A DNA stretch of 64,000 bases from Perkinsus chesapeaki ATCC PRA-425 (Eukaryota > Protista > Perkinsozoa): NCBI GenBank assembly GCA_013115145.1, contig JAAPAO010000066.1:1-64000 (forward strand), written 5' to 3'. The position numbers and the translations under genes were made by a program. The notes beneath the pieces were generated by a model. It had not been told where the DNA came from. It searched no databases and worked only from the letters and a program-made list of their open reading frames with translations. Below, piece by piece: positions 61,447 through 64,000 of this stretch. Positions within the stretch are counted from its first letter, which is position 1. Each line of letters begins with the position of its first letter.

Positions 61447-63291
61447 TCATAGGAATGTCATCTGGACATAACCAGGCCACGCGGCCATGCACTTTGGAGC
61501 ATCCTCACGCTTTCTGTACCCACCACACCACAACACTCTCATAGGCTCCTCCACCGTACCCTTTCCGCCAGGGTCCTCCTTCCAAATGCCTGGTGGAAGT
61601 CCGGTTTTACTTTGCTCCACTGTGGCATCACTGCCCTCCACTGAGCCACGTGCAGATGAGTCGGTAGAGGGGACGGTTGTGCCGCTGCCCGCCATGTCCG
61701 CCTCCTCTGGCTCATCAAAGCGCGGACGCCTTTGGTACCAAATACCATCATCCTTCTCTTCGATCATATAAACGTTCGGCAGCTCCTCAGCATAGTGGTG
61801 AATTTGGGGCGCGTAAAAGTTCCCTATTGGTCGATAAATCTGGTCGAGGTAGCCAAGCACCGGCGTGAAGGTCCACGCGTGCATCTGACGCTTCTTACGA
61901 TTACCGTCGATATACCACCGATTCACACACAGCCACGTAAGGCTCTTCACCCTAACCCTTGGGCTCAGCTGTGATAGTATCTTCCGATGGGGGCACTCGG
62001 GCACCTGGTCAGGAGGGGTTCTGCCGGCATTGAGAGCCAGCACCGCAGCAGCTCGGTGAGCGAAGTGACAAAAGCCGTAGAAGAAGACACCGCCAGCTCC
62101 GATATGAGCCCGGAGGAGGACCCGCCGGACTTCGCCGAAATGCGACATAACGTTGATGAAATCACTGCGGGTGATCTGGTTGGACACATTGGTCGTGACA
62201 ATTGTTTTGTTCGTATCTCGATTCCAACAGTTATCCATTATATCGAGGAAGCTATTGTCTTTTTTTTCGTCGATTATCTGCAGGAAGCCGTCGCCTAGCA
62301 GGGCCGGGAATGACTCAACGGTTGCCCTCAAGGCATCTGCCTTCTCCCAGGTAGCACAGTGAATGTAGGCAGTGAGCGTGGCATCCTCATTGACAATATC
62401 ACACCCTCTATAGGGCGAATGCGGGCCGAATTCGATCCCATAATTCGACATAGTCTTCGCGAGCCTCTCAGGAGTGCATCTGTCTGGAACGTAATACCAT
62501 ATCAATGTTGCGCTCGGCTCGGGGATGGCCAGAAGAGTGTCGAGATGGCCAGCGCCTCTGGTGGCCGCCGATCGCGGACTGCTGTCATTTGAAGAGTCGT
62601 CCCAACCAGTAGAGTCGTCATAATTCCATGTACTTTCTATATTTTTAGCGAGGCCAGGAGGGTCCCTGTCGTGATGGTGACCGAGCTTGTCGATGCTCTC
62701 GTCTCTATGAGGCTCAATCCAAATCGGGCTTCCAAGCGAGCTCAGCAATTTCACCGATGGTCGGTTGCCTTGACGCGCCATCCGACTAGCTTTCAGCGCC
62801 GCGCGCGCCGAGCCAACATTTGCGAAGGTACAAACGACCAGGCGGTTTGAGCGACCAGTCCGCGAGCAGCTAACAACTTGCCCAAAAAAGCTCTTCAAAA
62901 AGTTCTGAAGCCTACCGAGACTGAAGCCCTGCGGCAGTCCTCTGATCACCACAGTCGAGCCGCCAGGTCGACGCCACTCGCCCGGGAGCGCGTCGATCCT
63001 CTCTGGAGACCAGCTCACTTGGCTACCATTTTTGGAATCAGGAAACCTATGGTTCCGAAAGGTCTGGATAAATTGTCTCGCCAGATCATGGTTTTCAAAA
63101 CGAATTATCGCGCAGCCCTCCGCAGAGCCCCTCTCGAATGGCCAGTTGATAGAGCGTACGTTGCCACCGTAGTCGAAACCGCGGTGACGCATAAGATCAA
63201 TTAAAGACGCCATGGTGACGCTCTGAGGGATACCCTCCCACTTCACTGATCTGCATTCGGTGGTGGGTAAGGGTTCACTGATGGCTTCCAT
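61447..63291 (-). CDS. Four-RRM protein (paralogue 1; duplicated two-RRM module), intronless 614 aa
   Basis: SVKWEGIPQSVT...GCAIIRFENHDLARQFIQTFRNHRFP + TVVIRGLP...FGQVVSC...VCTFAN, repeated as LIWYYVP...AYIHC + TIVTTNVS...FGEVRRV...YGFCHFA. Confidence 0.8.
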   Translation of the reverse strand: MEAISEPLPTTECRSVKWEGIPQSVTMASLIDLMRHRGFDYGGNVRSINWPFERGSAEGCAIIRFENHDLARQFIQTFRNHRFPDSKNGSQVSWSPERIDALPGEWRRPGGSTVVIRGLPQGFSLGRLQNFLKSFFGQVVSCSRTGRSNRLVVCTFANVGSARAALKASRMARQGNRPSVKLLSSLGSPIWIEPHRDESIDKLGHHHDRDPPGLAKNIESTWNYDDSTGWDDSSNDSSPRSAATRGAGHLDTLLAIPEPSATLIWYYVPDRCTPERLAKTMSNYGIEFGPHSPYRGCDIVNEDATLTAYIHCATWEKADALRATVESFPALLGDGFLQIIDEKKDNSFLDIMDNCWNRDTNKTIVTTNVSNQITRSDFINVMSHFGEVRRVLLRAHIGAGGVFFYGFCHFAHRAAAVLALNAGRTPPDQVPECPHRKILSQLSPRVRVKSLTWLCVNRWYIDGNRKKRQMHAWTFTPVLGYLDQIYRPIGNFYAPQIHHYAEELPNVYMIEEKDDGIWYQRRPRFDEPEEADMAGSGTTVPSTDSSARGSVEGSDATVEQSKTGLPPGIWKEDPGGKGTVEEPMRVLWCGGYRKREDAPKCMAAWPGYVQMTFL

Positions 63292-64000
63292 TGGTCAACC
63301 GATACTGTAAATCAACAGAGGTGATCAATACAGGGGATACAGCGTCGGAACATCTAAACGCATCATCCTCAAAATAAGGGTCAAGGCAAATTCCTCATCG
63401 GCGTGCAAAGTATTCATAGAGATTCTATAATTAAGATGATATGATCCCTTCGAAGCCGATACAGATGCACTAGCAGACCGTAACTTTGTCAACAATTTTT
63501 CCCTTCGTGCCAACATATGTGGCAACTTACCACACTGAAGATAAGTGGAATTCTATCAGTCGACTCCTATTTCCGATCAGCACAGTCTCTGGCCATATGA
63601 GCCGCCACGGGGGCGTATTTAGCGTGAATTCTCCCGTCTGCCCACAACGATAAGTATGCCCCTAGACCTCCCAGAAACCGAAGACAAACTATGAAAAAAT
63701 TGAGCGACCGAAAAGGGAGTAAAAAAGGTACACATGCCAAAAGTGAATCATTCAGACTCCATATCTTCTAAATAAAAATGTCAACCACAATTTCAATCGA
63801 ACGGAAAGATGTCGGACTGGCATGGAGAATCTTCAGCTACCCATGTTTCGATCGTCCACTAGTTTCAAATAAAACCACCCGCCCCGTAAATCACGTTAAT
63901 TCCATATCTATCTCGAAACCCGAAATGGCCCCTCTCTTAGCTAAAGCATTTAATTGATGACTCAACTCATATTTGGAAATAGAAAAGATATCTTTATAAT

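Noticed and set aside
1-64000. Spliced-leader relics (ACCGTAGCCATCTTGGCTCAAG-like)
   Set aside because: I looked by eye on both strands and found no convincing match; a formal search was not possible.

Overview
Eukaryotic genomic DNA with many short GT-AG introns and four ~100-N gaps, each inside a tandem repeat. Gene style and content suggest an alveolate, probably Perkinsus; this is my inference, not a database result. In order, the window holds: a SUC/SLC45-type sugar transporter (-); two tandem histidyl-tRNA synthetase paralogues (-) with different N-termini and patchwork identity; Spt5 (-) with a WG-rich KOW4-KOW5 linker and no visible C-terminal repeats; tRNA-Lys(CTT); an intronless tetraspanin-like gene; a tandem-CCCH zinc-finger gene (-); and an ankyrin-repeat gene (-). 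After several decayed retroelement fragments comes an array of five co-oriented PB1-domain genes at 45.3-53.8 kb: two PB1 + Cys-rich repeat fusions, one p62/NBR1-like PB1-ZZ-ZZ-LIR-UBA-like gene and two PB1-only genes, with a tRNA-Trp among them. The window ends with a Rab escort/GDI-family gene carrying a LINE-like remnant in its first intron and three intronless paralogous RRM genes (-). The PB1 array is the best candidate for an undescribed system: a co-polymerising selective-autophagy scaffold with metal- or heme-binding subunits. Multi-exon boundaries were read by eye and are approximate.
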